The position numbers and the translations under genes were made by a program. The notes beneath the pieces were generated by a model. The model was not told the DNA's origin. It saw only the letters and a program-made list of their open reading frames with translations, and made no database searches. DNA of 64,000 bases, taken from NCBI GenBank assembly GCA_046293175.1, contig JBKBPM010000001.1:593408-657407 (forward strand), given 5' to 3'. Shown piece by piece: positions 1-9,852 of the stretch (the stretch's first letter is position 1; each line of letters opens with the position of its first letter). The stretch is from Minisyncoccia bacterium. Its GTDB lineage: Bacteria > Patescibacteriota > Minisyncoccia > Phycocordibacterales > UBA918.

Positions 1-2234
1 AGTTGTGTGAGCGCTGCCTCTACATTGTTCTCTTCAAGCAACATCAAAGCCAAGAGGTACCGAGCATTAGCAAACTGAGGATCTAGGGTGATGGCATCTT
101 GAAATGCAGCAACCGCAGCGGCCTTATCACCCTTGGCACGTGCGAGTACGCCAAGTTGGTAATAACGACCTGGATTGGTTGCTTCAATTGAGAGTAGTGA
201 TTTGGTCGTCTTAATTGCCTCATCAAGGTTCCCGGCAGCTACATCAAGCTCAGCGAGCGCACTGAGAGCTTCGGTATAATTTGGTTTTTTCTGAATTGCC
301 TGACCCAGTGCCGCACGTGCACCATCGGTGTTATTTTTACCCGCTTCAAGTAGAGCATTTTGGAAGTCATAATAGGGATTTTGTGGATCACGCTTTGACG
401 CTTCAATATAGTCTGCTTTGGCTCGGTCATAAGCACCTTCTACCTGAAGTCGGGCGAGGAATGCATAGATATCACCCCGGGCTGACCAGTTACGAGCATC
501 ACTACCACGATTATTGATTGCGGCACTAGCGGCTTCAAGTGCGGCAGTGGTAAGCGCATTAAACTGCTCGATATCAGCTGGTGACGGACTGCCCTTAGCG
601 GACAAAGCCACCAGAGCCTGGAGATGGTACTGGGAAAGATCGCGAACATACGCATCATTAGGATACAGATTGTAGGCAGCAACCACAGTACTGGTCACCG
701 CTGCGACCTGGTTATCGTCAGCTGGCATTTCAAGTGCAGAAGCAAATGTTTTGATACTGATGACCTGACGTATGACGTAGTACTCAATTGCTACTCCGAG
801 TACTATCACCATCATCACACCAGCAATAAGCACAAAGCCAGTTCGTGAATCACGTAGTAAGTTAAACGTCGCAGCTGACTTGTCTTGAAGAACTTCATAC
901 GCCACAGCGAAGAGGCCGGTGGCCGCCACACCCAATACCAAGATAACAACTCCAGGTACATAAATAAGTGCTGTTGTCCAAACAAAGGCGGCTACCGTAA
1001 AGCTCACAGTGGCAATAAAGTACCAAAAATGATTGGTTACCACTGGCCGTATGAGCGCTCGTACCCCTTGCCAAAACAAGAGTCCAACAAATACCAACCA
1101 AGCAACACCCCCCAGTACACCACTGGTGACAAACCAGGTTGGAATGTAGCCACTACCAGCATAAAACGGCGTGTTCCAGAATAATGTTGCATTGAGACTT
1201 TGATCTTTGTGCTGCAACCACGCCTCATGGAAATGATTCGGACCAACACCAGTCAACATCCGGTCACTGTATACCCCTTTCATAATGTCTAGCGTCGCGG
1301 AGATAGAAGGACGAACTTCAAGATACGAAACACCGGTCTTGCTACTTACGTAGCCACCCAGCGCCGTACCGCCAACCACAAACACAATCGCCGTCAAACA
1401 GGTAATCCCAAGCGCTGACACAATCAACAGTGAAGTTGGCTGGCTTGTACCAGAGGTAGTATCGATGCGACCTTTGGTGAGGGTGAACATAAAGAGGAGG
1501 AGACTGAAGAAGCCAACCACATACCAAGTCATTGAAAAATTAATCACGCCCAACATCACCAGCGAACACACAATCGCCATCAAAACAAACACCTCAATAA
1601 ATCGTGGCAACGCCAGTTGCAACAACGCAATAAGTCCAACGAGAATCACGATGGTAAAGAAGAGTGCGAGGTCATTAAAGCTCCCCAGGAGTGTTGCCAC
1701 CGGTGAATCAACGAGACCAAATGAGAACACATCGGCACCAAAGATCAGTCGAATGAGGTGAATGATTGCCAGAACAACGGCGGTTACACAGAGACTGCCG
1801 TAGAAAAGAATGACACCGGATTTTGCATCCTTAAATACACCCATCATCGCCATGAGAAGGAGGCTGCCGAGCAAAAAGCCAACGGTGTGTATTTCAATTT
1901 GACTGCCCATAAACGCCACATTTGCCTGTGGTGCCAAAAGACCAGCGACCACGCCGGTAAGTGCTACACCGGCCCAGGCAAGCACGAGGGTTGGTACCCG
2001 AAGAGCAATTGAACCCCGACGCAAGACCGCAAGACTGTAGGTCACCAGTGCTGCTACTACTACCGCGATGGCGAGATGACTTTTGACGGACTGGGTGAGC
2101 ATAGGAAACCCAGGAATAAAGAAGAGAGGTAACAAAGCAACACCTACTATCAAGAGTCCTTGCGTTAGACGACTAAAAAACGTATACATCCGATCAACAG
2201 CAACGGTTTGGGGCGCAAATTGAGTAAAATTCAT
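1..2234 (-). CDS. Polytopic membrane protein with C-terminal TPR-like repeats (O-antigen ligase/Wzy_C-like family, putative). C-terminus lies beyond the window start.
   Basis: Hand translation of the minus strand from the ATG at 2234 (MNFTQFAPQTV...) gives an uninterrupted frame to position 1 that is absent from the ORF track, presumably because no stop falls in the window. It has many hydrophobic helices followed by Ala/Leu-rich TPR-like repeats (…YYQLGVLARAKGDKAAAVAAFQDAITLDPQF…). Every ORF-track entry in 1-2230 is in a different frame. Confidence 0.55.
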   Translation of the reverse strand, partial: MNFTQFAPQTVAVDRMYTFFSRLTQGLLIVGVALLPLFFIPGFPMLTQSVKSHLAIAVVVAALVTYSLAVLRRGSIALRVPTLVLAWAGVALTGVVAGLLAPQANVAFMGSQIEIHTVGFLLGSLLLMAMMGVFKDAKSGVILFYGSLCVTAVVLAIIHLIRLIFGADVFSFGLVDSPVATLLGSFNDLALFFTIVILVGLIALLQLALPRFIEVFVLMAIVCSLVMLGVINFSMTWYVVGFFSLLLFMFTLTKGRIDTTSGTSQPTSLLIVSALGITCLTAIVFVVGGTALGGYVSSKTGVSYLEVRPSISATLDIMKGVYSDRMLTGVGPNHFHEAWLQHKDQSLNATLFWNTPFYAGSGYIPTWFVTSGVLGGVAWLVFVGLLFWQGVRALIRPVVTNHFWYFIATVSFTVAAFVWTTALIYVPGVVILVLGVAATGLFAVAYEVLQDKSAATFNLLRDSRTGFVLIAGVMMVIVLGVAIEYYVIRQVISIKTFASALEMPADDNQVAAVTSTVVAAYNLYPNDAYVRDLSQYHLQALVALSAKGSPSPADIEQFNALTTAALEAASAAINNRGSDARNWSARGDIYAFLARLQVEGAYDRAKADYIEASKRDPQNPYYDFQNALLEAGKNNTDGARAALGQAIQKKPNYTEALSALAELDVAAGNLDEAIKTTKSLLSIEATNPGRYYQLGVLARAKGDKAAAVAAFQDAITLDPQFANARYLLALMLLEENNVEAALTQ

Positions 2235-2287
2235 AACACAAAACTCCGGTTTTATTACCTCACTTTAATGGAAATATGATACCACAA

Positions 2288-2322
2288 AAAAATGCCCGGG
2301 CTTGTTTCCAAGTTGGGCATTT
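2288..2322 (-). terminator. Rho-independent (bidirectional) terminator hairpin downstream of rnpB
   Basis: Hairpin aaaaaaATGCCCgggcttgtttccaagttGGGCATttttttt flanked by an A-run and a T-run. Confidence 0.6.
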
Positions 2323-2325
2323 TTT

Positions 2326-2660
2326 TGCACATAAGCCGAATTCTGTCCGAGCCAAAGCTCGGGATGGTCATATACCTGGGATGATTGTTACCAATCACCT
2401 CTTGCGGCTCTTCCTGTATTCGTAAACGATTACGGGACACGGCCTTGCACACACGTAAGGATTTAACCGTTTCACCTCATAGCTTTCACTACAAACTATC
2501 CCCGGGGGGATCTTTTGCACTTTCGCGCAAAAGCGTCTCTGCTCGCACCTCTCGTATTGCTACGGACGGGTATTACCCGCTACGCGTCTCCAAACCTATG
2601 AAGGTTTTGGGTGTGTTCGGACTTTCCTCTGCCTCAATGAGACAGCGACCATCGTGCTTT
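2326..2660 (-). ncRNA. rnpB: RNase P RNA (bacterial type A)
   Basis: The minus-strand read carries the universal P4 strands GAGGAAAGUCCGAAC (reverse complement of 2606-2620) and ACAGAAUUCGGCUUAUG (reverse complement of 2330-2346), plus a GGUGAAACGGU P11/12-like motif. A P1 pairing GCAC/GUGC joins the ends, and a TATAAT -10 sits just upstream (reverse complement of about 2664-2669). The region has no ORF. Confidence 0.85.
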
Positions 2661-2674
2661 CATATTATAACACA

Positions 2675-3196
2675 TTAATTATTTTTTTCAATAATTGCCA
2701 TCATATCGAGGTTATCACCTCCCTCAAGACCGAGTTCTGCGAATAAACCTGGCACCGTCTCTATCACATAACGGCTTGGAGTCGGTGGTGTAAATGAATT
2801 CGGGTAAGTGTCTGGGGAAACATTAGTTTCGATATGAGCGATGGTGCCAGTGGCGGTAACCCATATTATATCAATAGGATACTCCATCCCCTTCATCCAA
2901 AATGGCCATCGTTCATCAGTTGCAAACACAAATATTTTGACAATGTCTTTGGGTAAAGCCGATGTATACGAAAGTCCCAGCGCACGCGTTTCATCAGTTG
3001 TAGCCATAGAGGCATAAACAGTCTGCCCACCAAGGGTCCAGGGCAGGAGTGGTTCATAGTAGCTGCGTGGCGTGGTCGTGATTGATTGTACAACCGGCTC
3101 TGCAACGGGAGTAGCTGCTGACTGGTATTGCCACAACAAAACAGCGAGACCTCCGGCAATCAAAATGACCAGTAGAAGTCTAAATGAAACGGGCAT
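2675..3196 (-). CDS. DUF192 (COG1430) domain protein with an N-terminal signal/TM segment
   Basis: ORF 2675..3232. The likely start is the internal M (MPVSFRLLLVILIAGG). The domain pattern DIIWV...G.I..I matches DUF192. Confidence 0.55.
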   Translation of the reverse strand: MPVSFRLLLVILIAGGLAVLLWQYQSAATPVAEPVVQSITTTPRSYYEPLLPWTLGGQTVYASMATTDETRALGLSYTSALPKDIVKIFVFATDERWPFWMKGMEYPIDIIWVTATGTIAHIETNVSPDTYPNSFTPPTPSRYVIETVPGLFAELGLEGGDNLDMMAIIEKNN

Positions 3197-3584
3197 ACAG
3201 TAGGTATGTGACCACCGATACTGACATGCCAAGTACCGTACCCCAGGCCATATCGACGAGCGTTATTGACAGTGGCCAATCACGTAAGGTAGCGAGATTC
3301 GTGAGATCATACGTTGCATAGGTAAAGAATCCGAAGAGGGCGCCGTAGATAAGTGCGTATTGCCACTCACCTTTTACTACCGCTGGGTAAATTGCAAACA
3401 TAACCAGACCAACAAGGAACACGAGATAAAAAATAATTGCTGCTGTCCAATTAATATCCCCCATGATGTAGCCGAGTTTTTCTTTGTAAAAATTACTCGC
3501 CACCAACCCAAGCCAGACCATATCAATCGTAAAAAAGATTGGGACCGATATAAGGTATAACGTCAAAAATTGGCTGATATTCAT
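3180..3584 (-). CDS. Small polytopic membrane protein (DUF2177-like)
   Basis: 134 aa with four predicted TM helices and clear coding periodicity. Confidence 0.45.
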   Translation of the reverse strand: MNISQFLTLYLISVPIFFTIDMVWLGLVASNFYKEKLGYIMGDINWTAAIIFYLVFLVGLVMFAIYPAVVKGEWQYALIYGALFGFFTYATYDLTNLATLRDWPLSITLVDMAWGTVLGMSVSVVTYLLYARFI

Positions 3585-3646
3585 ATACCTCTATCATATC
3601 ACAACTGACCGGCGAACTATGTTCGCCGGTCAGTTGTTGATTATTT

Positions 3647-4525
3647 TTATTTACCGCGATGTTGTACTGATTCAAGGAGTGCTGCCATACCTGCCAAATC
3701 TTTGTTGGCACCAGCATCAAGAATAATGGTGTTGCCATGAGCGGCTGCACTCGTAATCGTATCAAGGCGGTTGGTATCAGAGAGTAACTGAATCGATTGT
3801 TCAGTGGTAAGTCCAGCGTTTTGCATGGTACGCATTGCTTCCTCAAGGCCGCGGGCAATTGCTTCACGCATCTGGGCCATCCCCTCACCTTGGAGCTTCT
3901 TACTCTCCGCTTCAGCTTGGGCGGCACCGACGAGCTTGATACGCTGCGCTTCAGCTTCGTTACGAGCTGCTTCCATGAGGCGCTTACTTGCAATCACTTG
4001 ATTAAAGGCATCTCGAACTTCGGTACTCGGTTGTGGTTCATCAACGAGGACGTTTTCGATAATGTACCCAAAACGAGCAAACTGCGCCGACAGAGCTGAC
4101 TGCACCTCTTGCTCAACCGCATCACGATTGGCATAGAGGTCGGTCATCTCCATACCTGAGGCAGTCTGCCGTACATTGTTAAGGACGTAAGAAGCAATCT
4201 GCTTTTCTGGCGCCTCGAGTTCGTAGTGTGCCTTCACTGCACCAACTGCGTCATCACTCGCCCGGTACTGCACTTTAACGGGTAAGGTCATAAACGCATT
4301 GTCACTTGTCTTCACTGATACGTCGGCGTGAATTTCCTGAATCTGCAAGTTAACCCGCGCCACCACAACCGTAATCGGCCATGGCAGTTTCGCGTGGAGT
4401 CCTGGAAATACCGCCGCCTTGTGTGGTCGGCCAAAGGTTTCAAGAATGGCAGCGGTTTTTCCACGAACGATGAAGAGAATCGACGGTAAAAGGAGCAAGA
4501 GAACAATGAGCAAAATCCAGAACAT
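3647..4525 (-). CDS. SPFH/band-7 (stomatin/prohibitin/HflC-like) membrane protein
   Basis: N-terminal TM, a band-7 core, and a C-terminal coiled region rich in A/E/Q. Confidence 0.8.
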   Translation of the reverse strand: MFWILLIVLLLLLPSILFIVRGKTAAILETFGRPHKAAVFPGLHAKLPWPITVVVARVNLQIQEIHADVSVKTSDNAFMTLPVKVQYRASDDAVGAVKAHYELEAPEKQIASYVLNNVRQTASGMEMTDLYANRDAVEQEVQSALSAQFARFGYIIENVLVDEPQPSTEVRDAFNQVIASKRLMEAARNEAEAQRIKLVGAAQAEAESKKLQGEGMAQMREAIARGLEEAMRTMQNAGLTTEQSIQLLSDTNRLDTITSAAAHGNTIILDAGANKDLAGMAALLESVQHRGK

Positions 4526-4598
4526 ATAGTTTATGACTACTGCTAATACTGTCTAGCATAGCGGAAAACTACCCTGGTGACCAGAGTAGCTTTCATAG

Positions 4599-5429
4599 CT
4601 AATGTATCAATACAGCATCGTGATGCTCTTCCCCAAGCTCATCATGCTCACCCTCACCATGGACATGCTCCCCTTTGATGGCAAAAGCTACCAGCGACAT
4701 CACCGCAAGGCCCACAACAAGGACGAGGAGATGTTTCGCAAATCCAGCACTGTCGGCATGGTGGTGTGGTTTTGGAATCAGGTCATGGAATACCACATGA
4801 AGGAAAAAACCAGCCGCCAGAGCGAGTAAGAGCACTTCAAGATCATGATTTACGACAGCGAGGTAGCTGAGTCCAATACCAATGAAGATGGTGCTCGAAA
4901 CAAGGAAGTTTATGACAAGGGCTCGTTTTGTGCTATACCCTGCCTGCCGAAGCACAAAGAATTCTGAAACTTCTTGCAGTGCCTCATGAATGAGGATTGA
5001 TACGGTCACCGACATACCAAGCGCCGGTGACACAATAAAAGCCGGAACCATAATAATCCCATCAGCCACATTGTGTACTGCGTCACCGACAATCAATTTT
5101 CGAGCACTCTGTTTATTGCCGTGACGATGATCATGATCACAGTCTGGATCGTGGTGTTGATGGGTCTCGGGGATGAGGTACTCAAGTCCCCACGCCAAAA
5201 GATACCCAACCGCAATGAGGACTACCGCCATGAGGGCGGTATCAGCGAGTTCAAATACCTCAAGCGCGAGTGCACCCGATGTAACCAAAAATACCCCAGC
5301 CGAAAATGATACAAGATACGACAGTTTTTCCTCCAAAAACTTGGCAGCAACTTTATGAGTAAATAAAACCCCAGTTAGTGACGCGAGCATCACCATTCCT
5401 CCTGCGACGATAATTGATATAAATTCCAT
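4599..5429 (-). CDS. zupT: ZIP-family zinc transporter (ZupT-like)
   Basis: His-rich loops (HQHHDPDCDHDHRHG; HVHGEGEHDELGEEHHD) and an 8-TM ZIP architecture including HNVADG/HEALQE-type motifs. It is divergent from a Fur-family gene. Confidence 0.8.
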   Translation of the reverse strand: MEFISIIVAGGMVMLASLTGVLFTHKVAAKFLEEKLSYLVSFSAGVFLVTSGALALEVFELADTALMAVVLIAVGYLLAWGLEYLIPETHQHHDPDCDHDHRHGNKQSARKLIVGDAVHNVADGIIMVPAFIVSPALGMSVTVSILIHEALQEVSEFFVLRQAGYSTKRALVINFLVSSTIFIGIGLSYLAVVNHDLEVLLLALAAGFFLHVVFHDLIPKPHHHADSAGFAKHLLVLVVGLAVMSLVAFAIKGEHVHGEGEHDELGEEHHDAVLIH

Positions 5430-5505
5430 ATTAATGCAAATTACTTGTATTAACTAGAATAACAAAACATCGCTCATAATGCAATATATTTGCATTAATG
5501 ACATG
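5430..5505. promoter_or_regulatory. Two Fur-family (Zur-like) palindromic boxes in the zupT/zur divergent promoter region
   Basis: Box 1 is attaatgcaaattacttgtattaa (about 5432-5455). Box 2 is the near-perfect palindrome taatgcaatatatttgcatta (about 5476-5496). Box 2 overlaps a -35 TTGCAT (5490-5495) that pairs with a -10 TATACT (5514-5519), placing the transcription start at about the zur ATG (5526). Confidence 0.55.
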
Positions 5506-5525
5506 AGATGCGCTATACTTTACGT

Positions 5526-5891
5526 ATGCAAAAGCGATTTAGTCAAAAGCGTGAAGACATTCGTCAATACCTTAATGATACCCCCGGTGCGGTTTCGGCA
5601 GCCGCGATTCACCACGCCCTTCCCCATATCAATCTTACGACGATATACCGTAACCTTGATCTATTTGTTGCCGAAGGTGACGTCAAAAAAATCACTCTCG
5701 GGGGTGAAGCGCTTTATGAATACCAACCGCACCCGCACCATCACGCGGTTTGTGACGAGTGTCATAGCGTCATTCACTTCACTGCCCCCGATGAAAAAAT
5801 CAAACAATTGCTCGGCCTGCAAGATTTCACGATTAGCAATCTTGAGTTAACGGTACATGGTATTTGTAACCATAAGCTCGCCAAAAAATAA
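5526..5891 (+). CDS. zur: Fur-family metalloregulator, probably Zur
   Basis: The winged-helix region and the HHHAVCDECH...H metal-site motifs fit Fur/Zur. Its pairing with a ZIP transporter supports the Zur assignment. The ATG at 5526 sits right after the -10, so the mRNA appears leaderless. Confidence 0.75.
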   Translation: MQKRFSQKREDIRQYLNDTPGAVSAAAIHHALPHINLTTIYRNLDLFVAEGDVKKITLGGEALYEYQPHPHHHAVCDECHSVIHFTAPDEKIKQLLGLQDFTISNLELTVHGICNHKLAKK

Positions 5892-6130
5892 GTATGTGTT
5901 ACGCGTGCGGTCTTCCAACTACCCATATTAGTTTCTGGCAGACAGTCAGTCTCACGAGTCTTCTCATGTCTGGTGTACTGAGTTTTTTGTGGGTGTATAT
6001 AATACTCAGTCGAGCGTACTTAAAAAACAAAATCCGCTCCTTGCTTGATAAGATTTTTCCATCAAATAAGTAGCTTCAAAAGATACTAACCAAATTCGCC
6101 ATGTCGCACTACGCGCATCGGTGGCTCATT

Positions 6131-7381
6131 TCAGGTCAGAATCAATGTCCCCAACCCCAGGAGGCAGGCAAATCCTAGTACATCAGTAGCTGTCGATATA
6201 AACACCATTGAAGGAGTAGCGGGGTCATAGCCGAAGTGCTTGATGACAAGTGGTACCAAAGCACCAAAAAATCCGGCAACGAGATGAACCATTACCATAG
6301 AGAGACCAACCACGAGACCAAGCAGCCACGAACCATTCCACAAAAGTGACACCGCAGCAACAATAAGCCCAATGACCGCGCCACTATAGAAACTACCAAT
6401 TAATTCGCGTTTAACAGCTGGCCAGGCATTTTCGAGCGATATGATACCAAGTGTAATACCACGCATGGTCACAGCGAAGGTTTGACTTGAAGCATTGCCA
6501 CCCATCCCAGCGACAATCGGCATATACACAGCGAGTAATGCTAACTTATCTATCGTGTCATTAAAGGCTAACACGACACCGCCAGCCATGAAGGCTGTCA
6601 TGAGGTTCACAACCAGCCATGGAATACGGTTTTTGAACTTCATGACAGCAGTATCAAATGGCCGCTCACTACTGACGACTCCCGTAAAGGAATAGAGGGA
6701 TTCAGCCGGCATATGCCCAAAGAGATCAAGAGCATCATCGGCATAGATAATTCCGAGCACACTCTCATCATTATCAAGCACGACCACCTTTCGCTTGCCC
6801 GATCCAGTGAGTGCACTAATGATGTCGCCAACTTCAGCCTGGTAGGAAATAGTGGTAACCGGCAGGATAAATTTACTTAAGGTCAAATTACTTCGCTCTT
6901 TCACCAAAACTCCGAGTGGTACTTCACCTTTTAATATGCCGGCATCATGAACGAGAATTTCGGGGAATTTACCCGTTTCTTCATAATGCATTTCCATGAT
7001 ATCCCCCGCTTCAGCAATGGTGGTCGACTCTGGAACAAAGACGTAGTTGAAATGCACTAACGAAAACGAAGCCTTAGGATGAAAGCGCAAAAAGAATTCG
7101 ACTTTGTCTTTGATATCAGCCTTGAGTGCTCCGACAATTTTCTCACGACGTTTCTGATCTTTGATACGCATGACAAGACGCTGTGCCGCTTGTAAGTCCA
7201 TATGGTCGAGAATATCAACCACCTCACGATCAGTTAATTCTCGAAGTACCTGCTGCTGCACATACGCCGAAACCGATTGCAAAATAACACTTTGCTCACC
7301 GATTGAGAGACTTCGCAAAAGCGCTACACGCTCTTCTGGACGGTAGGTTACCTGTTTGGCGTATGTCGCTACCTCAGTCAT
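6131..7381 (-). CDS. mgtE: Magnesium transporter MgtE
   Basis: MgtE N-domain, tandem CBS domains, and the C-terminal MgtE TM domain (…GMGGNASSQTFAV…). Confidence 0.85.
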   Translation of the reverse strand: MTEVATYAKQVTYRPEERVALLRSLSIGEQSVILQSVSAYVQQQVLRELTDREVVDILDHMDLQAAQRLVMRIKDQKRREKIVGALKADIKDKVEFFLRFHPKASFSLVHFNYVFVPESTTIAEAGDIMEMHYEETGKFPEILVHDAGILKGEVPLGVLVKERSNLTLSKFILPVTTISYQAEVGDIISALTGSGKRKVVVLDNDESVLGIIYADDALDLFGHMPAESLYSFTGVVSSERPFDTAVMKFKNRIPWLVVNLMTAFMAGGVVLAFNDTIDKLALLAVYMPIVAGMGGNASSQTFAVTMRGITLGIISLENAWPAVKRELIGSFYSGAVIGLIVAAVSLLWNGSWLLGLVVGLSMVMVHLVAGFFGALVPLVIKHFGYDPATPSMVFISTATDVLGFACLLGLGTLILT

Positions 7382-7389
7382 GTGTGTGG

Positions 7390-8313
7390 TTAGATAAGCA
7401 CCTCAACTTCCGCATCTTTCTTGAGTGTATCAATGTACTCACTAATAAGCTCTTGTTGCTTACCGTAACGAATTTCTTGTTCTACTTGTGCTCGCACTTC
7501 TTCAAGTGGTGGTACTTGGACCTCTGGATTACTGGTAACACTCTTGTAAAAGGCATCAACCTCTTCTTTGGTTACCTCAATTTTAGACAGGTCAATCGTA
7601 GCATCAAGATGTGTCTGGATGAGTATTTCATCTTCGATATCTTGCATCAGACCATCTTTGGTGATGTTGAGTTCTGCCATACGGCTCGCGAGAGCTTCTT
7701 CCCCACCCTGTGCGTCAACAATACCTTGGTACCGTGAAGTGATTTGTTCATCAGTGACGACAATACCGGCATTGCGCGCCGCCTGCTTCAAAAGCGCACT
7801 GTTTACGAGCACATCAATGGTCTGCTTTTTGATTTGTTCAGTGGTAGCTGGATCGGTAACATTGGCCCCTTGTGAGGCTGCTTGCAACGAGAGTTGTTCG
7901 TAGTTTTTTTGATACAAAGACTGTGGGATTTTTTCTCCATTTACCTTTACCGCAGCTGGTTCTAGTCTCACCAATGAAGTGATTTTATCAAATACGCCAG
8001 TCTCCACTCGTCCTTGCTTTTCGAGCAGGTACCACAAGACACCACCCATAATCGCAACGATAAAAAAGGCAATACCGTACTGCTTTAACACAAGACTGCG
8101 GGTGACTGCTACAGCAGCGGTTGGAGCAGCTCCGGCAGCAGACATTACTGGTGGATTGGTGGACACACTGGTATCAGTAGACACAGTAACTGGAGTCGCT
8201 TCAGGTGAAGAAACAGTCTCAGTTGTCGCAACAGTGGTTTCTGTAGTAGAAATAGTCTTTGTAGAATCAGCCGATGTTGGCTGTGGCGTAGACGTGTTCG
8301 TAGGTTCTTGCAT
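7390..8313 (-). CDS. SurA N-terminal-domain chaperone-like protein with a Thr/Ser-rich N-terminus and a TM anchor
   Basis: Low-complexity T/S/P-rich N-terminus, one TM helix, and a SurA_N/PpiD-like helical domain. No obvious PPIase domain. Confidence 0.45.
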   Translation of the reverse strand: MQEPTNTSTPQPTSADSTKTISTTETTVATTETVSSPEATPVTVSTDTSVSTNPPVMSAAGAAPTAAVAVTRSLVLKQYGIAFFIVAIMGGVLWYLLEKQGRVETGVFDKITSLVRLEPAAVKVNGEKIPQSLYQKNYEQLSLQAASQGANVTDPATTEQIKKQTIDVLVNSALLKQAARNAGIVVTDEQITSRYQGIVDAQGGEEALASRMAELNITKDGLMQDIEDEILIQTHLDATIDLSKIEVTKEEVDAFYKSVTSNPEVQVPPLEEVRAQVEQEIRYGKQQELISEYIDTLKKDAEVEVLI

Positions 8314-8394
8314 AGTCTAATGTAACAAACAAATAAGCGTGATCACGGAAGGCGCTTCGCCTTTGTAATAACGCCGTTAGTATACCACAGGTTT

Positions 8395-9153
8395 TTATGA
8401 AGGTTGTAGTGCTCTCCCATGTTCTGAACTCCATGCATACATCACAATCGCTGCTGAGGCAGCCGCATTGAGGGATTCGCAACGGGGATGCATTGGAATA
8501 GACAAAAGCGTATCACAGGCCTCACGTGTCTTTTGGCGAAGACCGTACCCTTCATTGCCAAGCACAAATACCGACGGCTTCGTAAAACGTTCAGTTGGAA
8601 GTGGTACTGACCCGGCTTCTCCAGCTAGTCCATAGACCCAAGCGCCCCGTTTTTTGAGGTCAGTCAGTGTCGCATTTACATTACGGATTTCAACAATTGG
8701 GATACGAAAAGCCATACCCGCCGAAACCTTCACGACAGTACCTGTGAGCGGCGCTTGATTGTGTGGAGGAATCATGACCGCAGCAAAACCACACGCGGCA
8801 GCGGAGCGGATGACCGCACCCACATTATGAGGATCCTGCACTTCACCAAGCACGAGAATAGCGGTATCTGGAGTTAAAGTAATCGAGTCCATAAAACGCT
8901 TGTACTCCGTCAAAAGTCCCGCTACGTACACACCGGCAATCACCCCTTGGTGTACCGCATCATTGCGCAAGCCTCCTGGCAAACGTTTTTCATTAAGAAG
9001 CTTTGGCGCCACTTTTGCCCGATCAAATTTGGCGAGCAATTTGGCATCACGAAAATCTGCCGCCACATAGAGTTCAGAAACTAAATCAGGACGGAAACTG
9101 AGGGCCTCATCAATGGCGTGTTTTCCGTAGATATAAACGAGTTCTTTTTGCAT
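8395..9153 (-). CDS. rlmB: SpoU/TrmH-family 23S rRNA 2'-O-methyltransferase (RlmB-like)
   Basis: SpoU_sub_bind N-terminus plus SpoU methylase motifs (…VLGNEGYGLR…; …SLNAA…). Confidence 0.8.
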   Translation of the reverse strand: MQKELVYIYGKHAIDEALSFRPDLVSELYVAADFRDAKLLAKFDRAKVAPKLLNEKRLPGGLRNDAVHQGVIAGVYVAGLLTEYKRFMDSITLTPDTAILVLGEVQDPHNVGAVIRSAAACGFAAVMIPPHNQAPLTGTVVKVSAGMAFRIPIVEIRNVNATLTDLKKRGAWVYGLAGEAGSVPLPTERFTKPSVFVLGNEGYGLRQKTREACDTLLSIPMHPRCESLNAAASAAIVMYAWSSEHGRALQPS

Positions 9154-9336
9154 GAGATACCGTCACGATTAATGCTTTCATATTAACATCTTCCAAGATT
9201 TTGAGCGAAAAACATTTCTGGAGTTCGAGTCATATCGTAATATGACGAGAACGAAGCGATGTTTTGCAGCCAAAGGCTTGGATGATATGTGGAATGATTG
9301 ATCGTGACAGTATCGGCTAGCCTATCACAGTCGGGA

Positions 9337-9786
9337 CTATAGGCAAGTCATCGCTTTCATGCCTTCGACCACTGTTGGCGAGTCACCAGCTTTGATGGCA
9401 GCCACTCGCGTCTCGCCGATTGCCGTCACAAAACAAGCTTCTAGTTCGGGTGTGAGCGCTTCCGGTAGTTTTGCCTCATCGATACCAAGCATCGAAAGAG
9501 TGCGACGCTGTTCAGGCGACAACCAATCTTGCCTACTAGAGGCTGGCGCTGCGGCCGGCAACTCATTTGTTACTATTGATTCACCTCCATCAGGCACGAG
9601 CGAGCCCACTACATCAATACCCGCTTCTGTAGCAGAGTCAGTTATCTCACCAGCAAAATTAATTACTTCAGACCGTGACGGCATGGCCATGTATACCCGA
9701 ATCATGTTCACAATAACAAGCACAATTGCCCCTACTCCTAGAAACAAAATAACTCCTGCTAGTACAGAATGTTTTTTTGATGGCAT
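9337..9786 (-). CDS. Hypothetical membrane-anchored protein
   Basis: ORF 9337..9822. The likely start is an internal M before a single TM helix. No recognisable domain. Confidence 0.35.
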   Translation of the reverse strand: MPSKKHSVLAGVILFLGVGAIVLVIVNMIRVYMAMPSRSEVINFAGEITDSATEAGIDVVGSLVPDGGESIVTNELPAAAPASSRQDWLSPEQRRTLSMLGIDEAKLPEALTPELEACFVTAIGETRVAAIKAGDSPTVVEGMKAMTCL

Positions 9787-9852
9787 GTAATCCCTAGTAT
9801 ACCAGAAATAAGAATAACGCATCTGGTATTATATGTATGTAATTGCTGCCGT

